A stretch of DNA of 64,000 nucleotides. Source: an uncultured Verrucomicrobiota bacterium. Its GTDB lineage: Bacteria > Verrucomicrobiota > Verrucomicrobiia > Limisphaerales > UBA9464. Location of the stretch: assembly GCA_903907995.1 (NCBI GenBank), contig CAIVQH010000004.1, forward strand, positions 4,049 to 68,048, read 5' to 3'. The notes under the pieces are model-generated. The model was given only the letters and a program-made list of their open reading frames with translations, ran no database searches and was not told where the DNA came from. The translations under genes and the position numbers were made by a program. This document shows positions 29,278 through 38,430 of this stretch, piece by piece; position 1 is the first letter of the stretch, and the number at the start of each line of letters is the position of its first letter.

Positions 29278-30231
29278 ATGATTTCCACGCAGCAACGATG
29301 CCTCGCGGCTTCCGTGCTCATTCACGGCACGCTGCTTTCGTTGCTGTTGTTCACGCCGGCGTTCACCCGGGAGAAACCTTCACTGCCAGTGCTCACCATG
29401 GTGCCGACCGACATCCGGCTGACCGATGGTGACAAAATCGGCGGGGGCAATCCCAACGTCCAGCCGCCCGTAACGCCGCCCAAGGTCCAGCCGCAACCGG
29501 TTGAGCCCAAGCACACCGAACCCAAACCTGCCGAGCCTGAGCCTGAGCCCGAACCGAAGCCCAAGCCGGTAAAGGTCGCCGAGAAGGTCAATAAGCCGGT
29601 GGTCGTCGCGCCCGACCCGGTCCGCCCGAAACTGGCCAATGCGTCGCAGGATACCGATCCGGCGGTGCATACGAAGCCGGTCCGGAAACCGGTCAAGACC
29701 ACTTCGGACATCCATGTCGCAGGGGCACCCAAGAAGCCGAACCCCAAGGACGACGCGGCGGAGCAAGAGGCGGCTGCGGAACAGGAGGCCGCCGCGCTGC
29801 GCCGGCGTGACCGAGCGAATCAGCTCGCCCGGCTGAACGCAGAACGGGCGGAACTGGCCAAAACCCTCGGTGGCGCCGCCCAGGCCGTGGGCAAGCAGAC
29901 CTCCGCCAGCACGAGCATTGAGATGCCCGGTCCCGGCGGCCAGGCCTATGCGCCGTACGGCGCCTATCTCGGAGCCTTTTACAAGCAGTACTGGCACAAG
30001 CCTTCGGCCCTCTCGGTACGCTCGGCGTCGGTCGTGGTCGAAGTGATCATCGCCCGGGATGGCCGCCTCCTGGACTCCAAATTCGAAAAATCCGGCTACC
30101 GTGAGCTCGACGATTCGGTGATCAGTTTGATCCGCAACTATCAGAAGCTGCGTCCGCTGCCCGACGGCACTACGGATGCCCAACGCACTTTCCGCATCAA
30201 ATTTACCCTCGAAGCAGATTCCAACACATGA
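29278..30231 (+). CDS. tolA: TolA/TonB-like protein
   Basis: TM helix with SVLIH (SHLS-like), Pro/Glu/Lys-rich linker, TonB-C-like domain. Confidence 0.75.
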   Translation: MISTQQRCLAASVLIHGTLLSLLLFTPAFTREKPSLPVLTMVPTDIRLTDGDKIGGGNPNVQPPVTPPKVQPQPVEPKHTEPKPAEPEPEPEPKPKPVKVAEKVNKPVVVAPDPVRPKLANASQDTDPAVHTKPVRKPVKTTSDIHVAGAPKKPNPKDDAAEQEAAAEQEAAALRRRDRANQLARLNAERAELAKTLGGAAQAVGKQTSASTSIEMPGPGGQAYAPYGAYLGAFYKQYWHKPSALSVRSASVVVEVIIARDGRLLDSKFEKSGYRELDDSVISLIRNYQKLRPLPDGTTDAQRTFRIKFTLEADSNT

Positions 30232-31406
30232 AGTTCCCTCCGTTCCTGCAGACGCTTGCCGTCTGCGTTACCATCCTGCCGGCGTTCGCCCAGGACATTG
30301 TGGTTACCGGCCAAACCGGTAAGAAACAGCCGCCCATACCCATCACGCTCACCGGCTATGCGGGTGAGGCGGACAAGGTCCTTAAATTTGACCTCTACGT
30401 GGCCGGCTTCGAAATCGTTTCGCCGGCCCAGGCCCAGTACGAGCTCAAAGCGGGCAACGGGGCGGAGGTGCAGGGCACGCTCGTGGACACCGGCAACAAA
30501 CATTCCCTCTTTGCGCGCAGCTATCCGGGCGGCACCACCCGGGCGCAGGCGCACATGCTGTCGGATGACGTGGTCAAGGCCATCACTGGCGTGCCCGGCA
30601 TTGCGCGCACCAAGATCGCCTACAAGGCACAACCCGGGATGCGAAACGCCGCCGGGGAGAATGTCGGGGAGATTTTCGTCAGCGATTACGACGGGGCCAA
30701 CGCCTTCCAGGCCACCGAGGACAAAACCATCGCGACCTCGCCCGCCTGGGTCCCGGGCCAGTTGGCGCTGTTTTACACTAGCTACCGGACCGGGGGACCG
30801 GCGGTTTACTCGCACAATCTGAGCACCGGTGCGCGGACCCGCGTTTTCGCCTTCAACGGCCAGAATTCCAGCGCCGCGATCTCGCCGGACGGCACCAAGG
30901 TGGCGCTGATCCTGAGCAAGTCGGGCAGCCCGGACCTCTGGGTTGCCAATCTCGACGGCTCGGGCCTGCGCCAGCTCACCCATACCCCGGAGCCGGAATC
31001 CTCCCCGTGCTGGGCGCCGGACAGCAAAACGATCTGCCTGACTTCCACCAAGGATGGACGGGCGCAGCTCTATACGATCCCGGCGAGTGGGGGCGAGCTG
31101 CGACGCCTGGCCACGGGTGGCGTGGTGAATTGCACCGAGCCGGATTGGTCACCGGATGGCACCCAGATCGCCTTTACCCGGGCCTCGGGCGAATTTACGA
31201 TCTATCTCGTAGGAGCGGGCGGGGGTGACGCCAAGCCGATCACCGCCGGGGAAGACCCTTCCTGGGCTCCCAATTCGCGGACAATCGTATTTACCCGGGG
31301 TCGGGATGGCGCTCGGCGCTTGTCGCTGCTTGACGTGCCTACGCGACAGGTCAAGGATGTCGCCCGTCTTTCGGGAAGCTGTTCCCAACCCAGTTGGGCC
31401 AGATAG
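30228..31406 (+). CDS. tolB: TolB beta-propeller protein
   Basis: Signal peptide; GVPGIARTKIAY, SDYDG, PD40 repeats (SPDG, WAPD, WSPDG). Confidence 0.9.
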   Translation: MKFPPFLQTLAVCVTILPAFAQDIVVTGQTGKKQPPIPITLTGYAGEADKVLKFDLYVAGFEIVSPAQAQYELKAGNGAEVQGTLVDTGNKHSLFARSYPGGTTRAQAHMLSDDVVKAITGVPGIARTKIAYKAQPGMRNAAGENVGEIFVSDYDGANAFQATEDKTIATSPAWVPGQLALFYTSYRTGGPAVYSHNLSTGARTRVFAFNGQNSSAAISPDGTKVALILSKSGSPDLWVANLDGSGLRQLTHTPEPESSPCWAPDSKTICLTSTKDGRAQLYTIPASGGELRRLATGGVVNCTEPDWSPDGTQIAFTRASGEFTIYLVGAGGGDAKPITAGEDPSWAPNSRTIVFTRGRDGARRLSLLDVPTRQVKDVARLSGSCSQPSWAR

Positions 31407-31429
31407 CCTCCCTAGCGCGCAGGATCCCT

Positions 31430-32101
31430 ATGAATTCTTTGACCAAACTTGGTCTGTTGTCACTTGTCGCCGTTTTGGCGATCGCTCCCGGCTGCTCCAA
31501 AAAGCCCAAAAACATCACGCCCATTCCCGGGAGTGTCGGTCAGTCTACCGCACCCGTTACGGAGTTGCGTACGGGGCCAATTAATCGCCCCCCTCCCTCC
31601 ACCACGGATAATGTAAACCGGTTTGGTCCGGGTAACGGGCCCGGGCGCGTTGATCAGCCTATCGATTCAACCCCGTCTGGTGGGGCCAACGGTCAGGGGA
31701 CTGGTCTTCCGACGACCAACATTGGGGAAAACCGCGTTGAAGATGCCGCCACCCTCGCGGGGGACACGGTTTACTTCGACTTCGACAAGTCGGCGGTCAA
31801 AGCCTCTGAGGCGTCGAAGGTTACGACGGTGGCTGATTTCCTGAAGGCTCACGCCGAGGCCAACCTCAAGGTGGCCGGTCACGCTGACGAGCGTGGCACC
31901 GAGGAATACAACCGCGCGCTCAGCGAGCGTCGCGCCTTGGCGGTCCGTGAGCAGCTGATCAATGGTGGCATCTCCCCTGATCGTATCACGACTGAGCCCT
32001 ACGGCGAGGACAAGCCCGCTGATCCGGGCCACGACGAGGCCGCTTGGGCGAAAAACCGCCGCGCCGAGTTCATCCTGCTCCTGCCGGCGAATCTCAAGTA
32101 A
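31430..32101 (+). CDS. pal: Peptidoglycan-associated lipoprotein
   Basis: Lipobox APGC; VYFDFDKS, GHADERGTEEYNRALSERRA, AKNRRAE. Confidence 0.93.
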   Translation: MNSLTKLGLLSLVAVLAIAPGCSKKPKNITPIPGSVGQSTAPVTELRTGPINRPPPSTTDNVNRFGPGNGPGRVDQPIDSTPSGGANGQGTGLPTTNIGENRVEDAATLAGDTVYFDFDKSAVKASEASKVTTVADFLKAHAEANLKVAGHADERGTEEYNRALSERRALAVREQLINGGISPDRITTEPYGEDKPADPGHDEAAWAKNRRAEFILLLPANLK

Positions 32102-32118
32102 TCGCGTCCCTTTTGGCG

Positions 32119-32150
32119 AGGCCCCGCCGCAAGGCGGGGCCTTTGCTTTC
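32119..32150 (+). terminator. Terminator after pal
   Basis: AGGCCCCGCC-GCAA-GGCGGGGCCT then TTGCTTT. Confidence 0.8.
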
Positions 32151-32245
32151 CATCCCACCCCCATTTATCGCGGATTCGGCTGAATGTTTTGCCCCTTTAC
32201 CGGTCTGCTTCCGACACCTAGCTTCTCTTCCGGCTTTAGAATTTT

Positions 32246-32512
32246 ATGAACACTCCGTTACTGGCTCTGATTGGTGGCAGCGAGATCATGTGGATCGCGA
32301 TTGTCGTGCTCGTGTTGTTTGGCGCGAAGAAGGTTCCTGAACTCATGAAGGGCGTCGGCACCGGCATCAAGGAGTTCAAGAAGGCCTCCCGCGACGTGCA
32401 GGACGAGCTGGAACGCGCCACCTACGAGACCCCGGCCGCCCCTGTCACGCCCACGCCCGCCCCGAAGAAGCCGACCGAGACTGTCTCGCAGTCGGGCCCT
32501 TCGCAGAGTTAA
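32246..32512 (+). CDS. tatA: Twin-arginine translocase TatA
   Basis: VLFGAKKVPELMKGVGTGIKEFK. Confidence 0.93.
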   Translation: MNTPLLALIGGSEIMWIAIVVLVLFGAKKVPELMKGVGTGIKEFKKASRDVQDELERATYETPAAPVTPTPAPKKPTETVSQSGPSQS

Positions 32513-32530
32513 TCTCCCCGACCCGCTGGC

Positions 32531-33553
32531 ATGGCCGACGAGTTGGAGGTGCTGCCACCCGAGTCTGAAAACGAGGACGAGGGTGGTGGACCGATCAAGT
32601 CTTTTCTCGAGCACCTCGAGGATCTCCGCTGGACGATCATCAAATCGGCGGCGGCCTTTGCCATTGGTTTCGTCGTCTGCCTCAGCGCCGCCCCTTGGAT
32701 CATCAGCTTTCTGGAGTGGCCGCTGGATCAGGCGCTGAAGATCCGCACCAGCAGCGCACCGCGCACCGTCCTGCTGCTTGGCACCAATGTGCTTGGCAAG
32801 ATGCCGAGTTTGGAAATGGCCAAACAGGCTGCCTTGCCCGGGCTGGCGACCAATGCGGACAGTTTCTATCGGCTCACGCCCCAGCTCATCGGTACCAACT
32901 GGGTGATGGGCATCGTGCCGGAGACCAATCCGCCGGTCACCGCCACGTTGCAGAATTCCGTCAAGCTCAAGAACTTCGGCCCGATCTCCGGCTTCAATAT
33001 CGTGATGGACATCGCGATTTACGGGGGAATCGTGGTGGCGGCCCCCTTCATCCTTTTCTTCCTGGGCCAGTTCATCCTCCCGGCGCTGCACATTCACGAG
33101 AAGAAGTTCGTCTTCAAGGTGGCCGGCATTTCCAGCGGGCTCTTCATGCTCGGCGTGGCGTTCTGCTACTTCCTGATGCTGATCATCTGCCTCAGCACCA
33201 CCGTGACCTTCTCCGAGTGGCTGGGCTTTGGTGCGGACGAGTGGCAGGCGGAGCAGTACATCAGCTTCGTCACGATCTTCATGCTGGGCATGGGCATCGC
33301 CTTCCAGCTGCCGTTGGTGCTGCTTACCCTGGTGAAGATCGGCATCCTCAATGCCGCCAAGCTGAACAAGTTCCGCATGCACTGGGTGGTGGCCGGCCTG
33401 GTCATCGCGGCCTTCATCACGCCCGATGGCAACCCCATCAACATGATGCTCCTGTTCCTGCCCCTGCATGTGCTCTACGAGATCAGCGTGATCATCGCCT
33501 GGTGGTGGGAGCGGAAGGAGCGCCGGGAGATGGCCGCCCGGGGCGAATCGTGA
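32531..33553 (+). CDS. tatC: Twin-arginine translocase TatC
   Basis: SFLEHLEDLR, FILPALHIHEK, FQLP, AFITP, LYEISV. Confidence 0.93.
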   Translation: MADELEVLPPESENEDEGGGPIKSFLEHLEDLRWTIIKSAAAFAIGFVVCLSAAPWIISFLEWPLDQALKIRTSSAPRTVLLLGTNVLGKMPSLEMAKQAALPGLATNADSFYRLTPQLIGTNWVMGIVPETNPPVTATLQNSVKLKNFGPISGFNIVMDIAIYGGIVVAAPFILFFLGQFILPALHIHEKKFVFKVAGISSGLFMLGVAFCYFLMLIICLSTTVTFSEWLGFGADEWQAEQYISFVTIFMLGMGIAFQLPLVLLTLVKIGILNAAKLNKFRMHWVVAGLVIAAFITPDGNPINMMLLFLPLHVLYEISVIIAWWWERKERREMAARGES

Positions 33554-33620
33554 ACAATGGTAAACTCCGTGCTTGCCTGACCGGGCGGCATGATTAGCTT
33601 TTGTCCGTCCAACATTTCCT

Positions 33621-34049
33621 ATGCGTTTCACGAAATCACTTTTCGCCCTTGTCGGTACGGCCGCGCTGCTGACCGGCTGCGCCAGCGCCGAGAAGAAGCT
33701 CGGCCGGGGCATCAACAACATCACCGAGCCTTTCCGGATGGGGGAATTGCAGCGCTCCTACGAGCAGAGCTACCTTTACGACGGTGCGGACGTGGCCGGC
33801 ACGCAGGGCGTGATCCACGGCATCAACCGCACCATCGGTCGCACGGCGGTCGGCGCGTTCGAGGTCGTCACCTTCCCGATCCCGAGCGATCCCTACTTCA
33901 AGCCCACGAATCCGGTGTATCCCGACAGCTACAAGCCCGGTCCGCTCTCGACCTCCACGCTGGAGACCGACACCTCGCTGGGCTTTGATGGCACCGGCGA
34001 CATCGCCCCGATGTTCCCCGGCAGCCGTTTCCGCGTACTGGGCGACTAA
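33621..34049 (+). CDS. Exosortase-system-associated lipoprotein (TIGR04073-like)
   Basis: LLTGC lipobox; KLGRGINNIT...RTAVGAFEVVTFPIP. Confidence 0.7.
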   Translation: MRFTKSLFALVGTAALLTGCASAEKKLGRGINNITEPFRMGELQRSYEQSYLYDGADVAGTQGVIHGINRTIGRTAVGAFEVVTFPIPSDPYFKPTNPVYPDSYKPGPLSTSTLETDTSLGFDGTGDIAPMFPGSRFRVLGD

Positions 34050-34071
34050 GTTTTCCGGCCAGAATCAAAAC

Positions 34072-34099
34072 GCGCCAACCCGTGGGTTGGCGCTTTTTT
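34072..34099 (+). terminator. Rho-independent terminator
   Basis: GCGCCAACC-CGTG-GGTTGGCGC followed by T6. Confidence 0.8.
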
Positions 34100-34103
34100 G
34101 TTG

Positions 34104-34976
34104 ATGCGCATCCGGCGTTCCTCCCCCTGCAAGGTCAACTTCCTGCTGAACATCCTCGGGAAGCGGGCGGATGGTTTTCACGAGCTGGAAACCCTATTTT
34201 TCCCGGTTCCGCTGTACGACGAGATCAGCGCGGAAGCAGCTCCGGAAGGCATCAGCCTGACCTGCAGCAACCCGACCCTGCCCTGCGACGGCACGAATCT
34301 GGTCCACCGGGCCGCGGCGAAATTTCTGGAAGCGGCCGGGATTCCTTCCGGCGTGCGCCTGCACCTGGATAAACGCCTGCCGCTGGCGGCCGGCCTCGGA
34401 GCCGGCAGCGCCAATGCCGCCATCACGCTGCTGGTGCTGAACGAGCTTTTCGGTCAGCCGCTGCCCTTTGTCCGCCTGGACGCCATCGCGGCCACGCTGG
34501 GCAGCGACGTCAATTTCTTCCTCCAGCCCAACCCTGCGCTGGCGTCGGGACGTGGAGAACAGATCACCCCGCTGGAACCGTTCACCCTGCTGAACGGGTG
34601 CGCGATATTCCTGTTTCATCCCGGCTTTGGCGTGGCGACGCCGTGGGCGTTTCGGGAGCTGGCCCGGTTTCCCGAAGCCCTGAACGGCCGACCGGGCCGC
34701 GCGCAGGAAGTGGCCGAAGTGTTTCGCCGGGGCGATCTCACTGCCGCCGGGCAGGCGCTCTACAATTCGCTGGAGGCTCCCGTGTTGGAAAAATATCCGA
34801 TCCTGCGGCTCTACCAGGATTTTCTGAGCGGGCGCGGTGCGTTCGGCACGCTGATGAGCGGCAGCGGTTCGACCACGTTTGCCCTGTTCCCCGATACCGC
34901 CTCGGCGCAGGCGGCGGTGAAGCCGTTCCGGACGAAGTTTGGCGAAGCAGGCTGGCTGCAAGTGGTCACGCTCTGA
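34104..34976 (+). CDS. ispE: 4-diphosphocytidyl-2C-methyl-D-erythritol kinase
   Basis: KVNFLLNILGKRADGFHELET, PLAAGLGAGSANAA, LGSDV, MSGSGST. Confidence 0.94.
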   Translation: MRIRRSSPCKVNFLLNILGKRADGFHELETLFFPVPLYDEISAEAAPEGISLTCSNPTLPCDGTNLVHRAAAKFLEAAGIPSGVRLHLDKRLPLAAGLGAGSANAAITLLVLNELFGQPLPFVRLDAIAATLGSDVNFFLQPNPALASGRGEQITPLEPFTLLNGCAIFLFHPGFGVATPWAFRELARFPEALNGRPGRAQEVAEVFRRGDLTAAGQALYNSLEAPVLEKYPILRLYQDFLSGRGAFGTLMSGSGSTTFALFPDTASAQAAVKPFRTKFGEAGWLQVVTL

Positions 34977-34978
34977 GC

Positions 34979-35049
34979 GGAATGCGGGTCTCCGCCCCGG
35001 CGTGGAGGGTGCCTGGTTCGGGCCGCGCCGGATCGGAGATCGGCGCTCC
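34979..35049. repeat. REP-like palindrome, family A copy 2
   Basis: GGAATGCGGGTCTCCGCCCCGGC...GCCGGATCGGAGATCGGCGCTCC; similar to 2600-2664. Confidence 0.6.
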
Positions 35050-35164
35050 ATACTGGAGCTGTGGCATTTCCATCCTTTCCTGTTTTCCTGCTTTCCAGAT
35101 TCAATCCGTCGGGCGTTCACGCGCGAACTTGAATCTTGCGGTGGAACCCCTGAATCTCGCGGCC

Positions 35165-35491
35165 ATGCCTATCCCTGCTGAGTTCAAGAACGTCACCGCT
35201 GTCGCCAAGGCCAACGTCTATTTCGAAGGCAAAGTCGTCTCCCATACCATCCTGTTTCCCGACGGTTCCAAGAAGACCCTCGGGCTGATCTATCCCGGCA
35301 AATTCCACTTTGGCACCGGCAAGGCCGAGCGCATGGAGATCGTGGCCGGTTCGTGTGTGGTGAAGCTCGATGGCCAGGACGCCCTCGTGACTTATGCGGC
35401 GGGACAGCACTTCGAGGTGGCGGCCAATTCCGGCTTCGACATCGAGGTGGCCAGCGGCATCGCCGAATACATCTGCTCCTTCCTCGACTGA
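35165..35491 (+). CDS. ppnP: Pyrimidine/purine nucleoside phosphorylase (DUF1255)
   Basis: ANVYFEGKVVS, KTLGLIYPG, ERMEIVAG, EYICSF. Confidence 0.88.
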   Translation: MPIPAEFKNVTAVAKANVYFEGKVVSHTILFPDGSKKTLGLIYPGKFHFGTGKAERMEIVAGSCVVKLDGQDALVTYAAGQHFEVAANSGFDIEVASGIAEYICSFLD

Positions 35492-35518
35492 CCTTTCACC
35501 TCGCTCCCTGTTCCTGCC

Positions 35519-36484
35519 ATGAACCGCCGCTCCTTCCTTCTCGCTTCTGCCGCCTTGCCACTCGTGCCCTCGCTCGTGGCGCACGCGGCGACCGCCAAGG
35601 CCTACACCTTCGGCCTGATCGCCAAGTCGCAGGGCAACGCCGTGTTCCAAGTCGCGCGGGTCGGGGCCGAGGATGCGGCCCGCGAGCTGAGCGCAAAGCA
35701 CGGCCTGAAGATCAAGATCGACTGGCGCACGCCCAATGACGAGGACGCGCAGAAGCAGGCCGAGGCGCTCGAACAGCTTGTGCTCGCGGGCGTCGATGGC
35801 ATCTCCATCAGCTGCAGCGACGCCAACAAGGTCACCGACGCCATCAACAAGGCCGTGAAGAACGGTGTGCCCGTCTGCACCTTCGACAGCGATGCGCCGG
35901 CCTCGAAGCGCTTTGTGACCTACGGCGTGGACGATCTCGAGTGCGGTCGCCAGGTGATGATCGAGCTGGCCAAGGTGATGGCGGAGAAGGGCGTGGTCGC
36001 GATCCTGGCCGGCAACCAGAACGCGCCGAATCTCCAGAAGCGTTCCCAAGGAGTGCGCGACGAGGCCAAGAAGTACCCCGGCATTTCCATCCGCGACACC
36101 TACTACCACCGCGAGACGCCGCAGGACGCCGCCGCGAAGATCGAGCAGGTGATGCAGGCCAATCCCGACATCACCGGCTGGGCGCTGATCGGTGGCTGGC
36201 CGCTCTTTACGGAAAATGCGCTCCACTGGGCACCCGGCGTCGTGAAGTGCGTGAGCGTGGATGCGCTCCCCGCGCAGCTCGCCTACATCCGCAGCGGCCA
36301 CGTGCAGAAGCTGCTCGCGCAGCAGTGCCACGCGTGGGGCTACCGCTCGGTCGAGCTCCTGCTCGACAAGGTCCACTTCAAGAAGGAGCCGCCTGCAGTG
36401 AAAGAAATCAGCCCGCTGGTGCCGGTGGACAAGTCGAACGTCGATGCCTACGCCAAGAACTGGGAGAAGTGGCTGCCGAAGTGA
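35519..36484 (+). CDS. Sugar ABC-type periplasmic binding protein (RbsB-like) with Tat signal
   Basis: NRRSFL; KSQGNAVF, TFDSDAP, YGVDD. Confidence 0.85.
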   Translation: MNRRSFLLASAALPLVPSLVAHAATAKAYTFGLIAKSQGNAVFQVARVGAEDAARELSAKHGLKIKIDWRTPNDEDAQKQAEALEQLVLAGVDGISISCSDANKVTDAINKAVKNGVPVCTFDSDAPASKRFVTYGVDDLECGRQVMIELAKVMAEKGVVAILAGNQNAPNLQKRSQGVRDEAKKYPGISIRDTYYHRETPQDAAAKIEQVMQANPDITGWALIGGWPLFTENALHWAPGVVKCVSVDALPAQLAYIRSGHVQKLLAQQCHAWGYRSVELLLDKVHFKKEPPAVKEISPLVPVDKSNVDAYAKNWEKWLPK

Positions 36485-36531
36485 GGGGTGAGGGAAAATG
36501 GCGCATCCGCAACCCAACCGTTCTCAAATAA

Positions 36532-36559
36532 AATGCCGGCCTCAATCGAGACCGGCATT
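36532..36559. terminator. Hairpin terminator between convergent genes
   Basis: AATGCCGGCCTC-AATC-GAGACCGGCATT with A/T-rich flanks. Confidence 0.65.
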
Positions 36560-36603
36560 CTTCAACTTTGTTTCTTGGTTCCTTGGTTGTTCACCACCAA
36601 GGC

Positions 36604-38331
36604 TCAGAACTGCTTGTCCGTCACCGCGCCTTCGCTGGCGCTGCTGACCAGGGCGGCATATTTCGCGAGCACACCCCGGCGATAGTTCGGCTTGGGCTGC
36701 TTCCACTTCCGCAGGCGGGCCTCCAGTTCCTTGGCCGGGATGGCCAGAGTGATGGCGCGCTTTTCGGCGTCGATGATGATCGGGTCGCCGTTCTTGAGTA
36801 CCGCGATCGGACCGCCGTCGAACGCCTCGGGCGTGACGTGGCCGATCACGAAACCATGCGAGCCGCCGCTGAAGCGTCCGTCGGTGATGAGCGCGACCTC
36901 CTTGCCGAGGCCCTTGCCCATGATGGCGCTGGTGGGCGACAGCATCTCGCGCATGCCGGGGCCGCCCTTTGGCCCCTCACCGCGAATGATGATGACATGG
37001 CCGGCCTTCACCTTGCCACCGAGGATGCCCTGCAGCGCGTGCTCCTCGTCCTCGAACACGATGGCCTTGCCGGTGAACTTGAGGCCTTCCTTGCCGGAAA
37101 TCTTGCCGACCGCGCCGCCGGGGCAGAGGTTGCCGCGGAAGACGACGAGATGGCTGGTCGCCTTGATCGGGTTGTCGAGGCTGCGGACGATGTCCTGGCC
37201 GGCCGGATACTTCGGCGCGTTCTTCAGGTTCTCGCGCATGGTCTTGCCGGTGACGGTCATCACGTCGCCGTGCATGAGGCCGGCGTCGAGCAGCATCTTC
37301 ATCAGCGGCACCGTGCCGCCGATCTCGACGAGGCGGGCCATGACGTACTTGCCAGAAGGCTTGAGGTCGGCGAGCACGGGCACGCGTTTGCCGATGCGGG
37401 TCCAGTCATCGATCGTGAGCTTCACGCCCACGCTGTGGGCCATGCCGATGAGGTGCAGCACGGCGTTGGTCGAGCCGCCGAGCGCGATCACGAGCGTCAT
37501 GGCATTCTCGAAGGCCTCCTTCGTCATGATGTCGCTGGGCCGGATGTTGCGCCGGATCAGGTTGAGCACCGCCGCGCCGGCGTTCTCGCAGTCGAGCGTC
37601 TTCTCCTTGGACACGGCGGCCTGGGCCGAGGAGTTCGGCAGGCTCATTCCGAGCGCCTCGATCGCGCTGGCCATGGTGTTCGCGGTGTACATGCCGCCGC
37701 ACGAGCCCGGACCGGGGATGGCGACCTCGGCCACGCGCTCCACGTCCTCAGCTGAGCAGTTGCCGGCGGCGTTCTTGCCGACGGCCTCGAAGATGTTCAC
37801 GAGGTCCACGTCCTTGCCGTCGAGTTCACCGGGCAGGATCGTGCCGCCGTACACGAACAGGGAGGGGCGGTTCAGGCGGCCCATCGCCATGATGCAGCCG
37901 GGCATGTTCTTGTCGCAGCCGCCGACGGCCACGAAGCCGTCAAAGCCCTGGCAGCCCACGACCGTCTCGATCGAGTCGGCGATGACCTCGCGGGACACGA
38001 GGGAATACTTCATGCCCTCGGTGCCCATCGAGATGCCGTCCGAGATCGTGATGGTGTTGAAGACGACCGCCTTGCCGCCGGCCTCGTTGATGCCCTGTGC
38101 CACGCTCACGGCGAGCTGGTCGATGTGCATGTTGCACGGGGTGACCATGCTCCAGGTCGAGGCGACGCCGACCTGCGACTTCGAGAAGTCCTGCTTGGTG
38201 AAACCTGTGGCGTAAAGCATCCCCCGGCTCGGGGCGCGCTCGATGCCATCGACGACGATGGACGAGAAGGCGCGGGCGCTGGCGGTGGTGGACGGCTTTG
38301 ATTTCACTTTGGACTTGGCGGATTTGCTCAT
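36604..38331 (-). CDS. ilvD: Dihydroxy-acid dehydratase
   Basis: [46 protein letters not shown]. Confidence 0.96.
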   Translation of the reverse strand: MSKSAKSKVKSKPSTTASARAFSSIVVDGIERAPSRGMLYATGFTKQDFSKSQVGVASTWSMVTPCNMHIDQLAVSVAQGINEAGGKAVVFNTITISDGISMGTEGMKYSLVSREVIADSIETVVGCQGFDGFVAVGGCDKNMPGCIMAMGRLNRPSLFVYGGTILPGELDGKDVDLVNIFEAVGKNAAGNCSAEDVERVAEVAIPGPGSCGGMYTANTMASAIEALGMSLPNSSAQAAVSKEKTLDCENAGAAVLNLIRRNIRPSDIMTKEAFENAMTLVIALGGSTNAVLHLIGMAHSVGVKLTIDDWTRIGKRVPVLADLKPSGKYVMARLVEIGGTVPLMKMLLDAGLMHGDVMTVTGKTMRENLKNAPKYPAGQDIVRSLDNPIKATSHLVVFRGNLCPGGAVGKISGKEGLKFTGKAIVFEDEEHALQGILGGKVKAGHVIIIRGEGPKGGPGMREMLSPTSAIMGKGLGKEVALITDGRFSGGSHGFVIGHVTPEAFDGGPIAVLKNGDPIIIDAEKRAITLAIPAKELEARLRKWKQPKPNYRRGVLAKYAALVSSASEGAVTDKQF

Positions 38332-38430
38332 GGTGCGGCGGGAAGTGTGCGGATGCGGCGACGCACGCAAAGGGGAAAGTGCGCGGGCAATCGGAACGGC
38401 ACTTCCACCTCTGCCTTCTGGTTTGCGGGA

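Noticed and set aside
29500-29570. GAGCCT-type short repeats in tolA
   Set aside because: Ordinary Pro-Glu/Pro-Lys linker coding of TolA/TonB proteins
35070-35105. Short TTTCCTG repeats (also CTTGGTT near 36574-36590)
   Set aside because: Only two or three degenerate units; too little to support an element call
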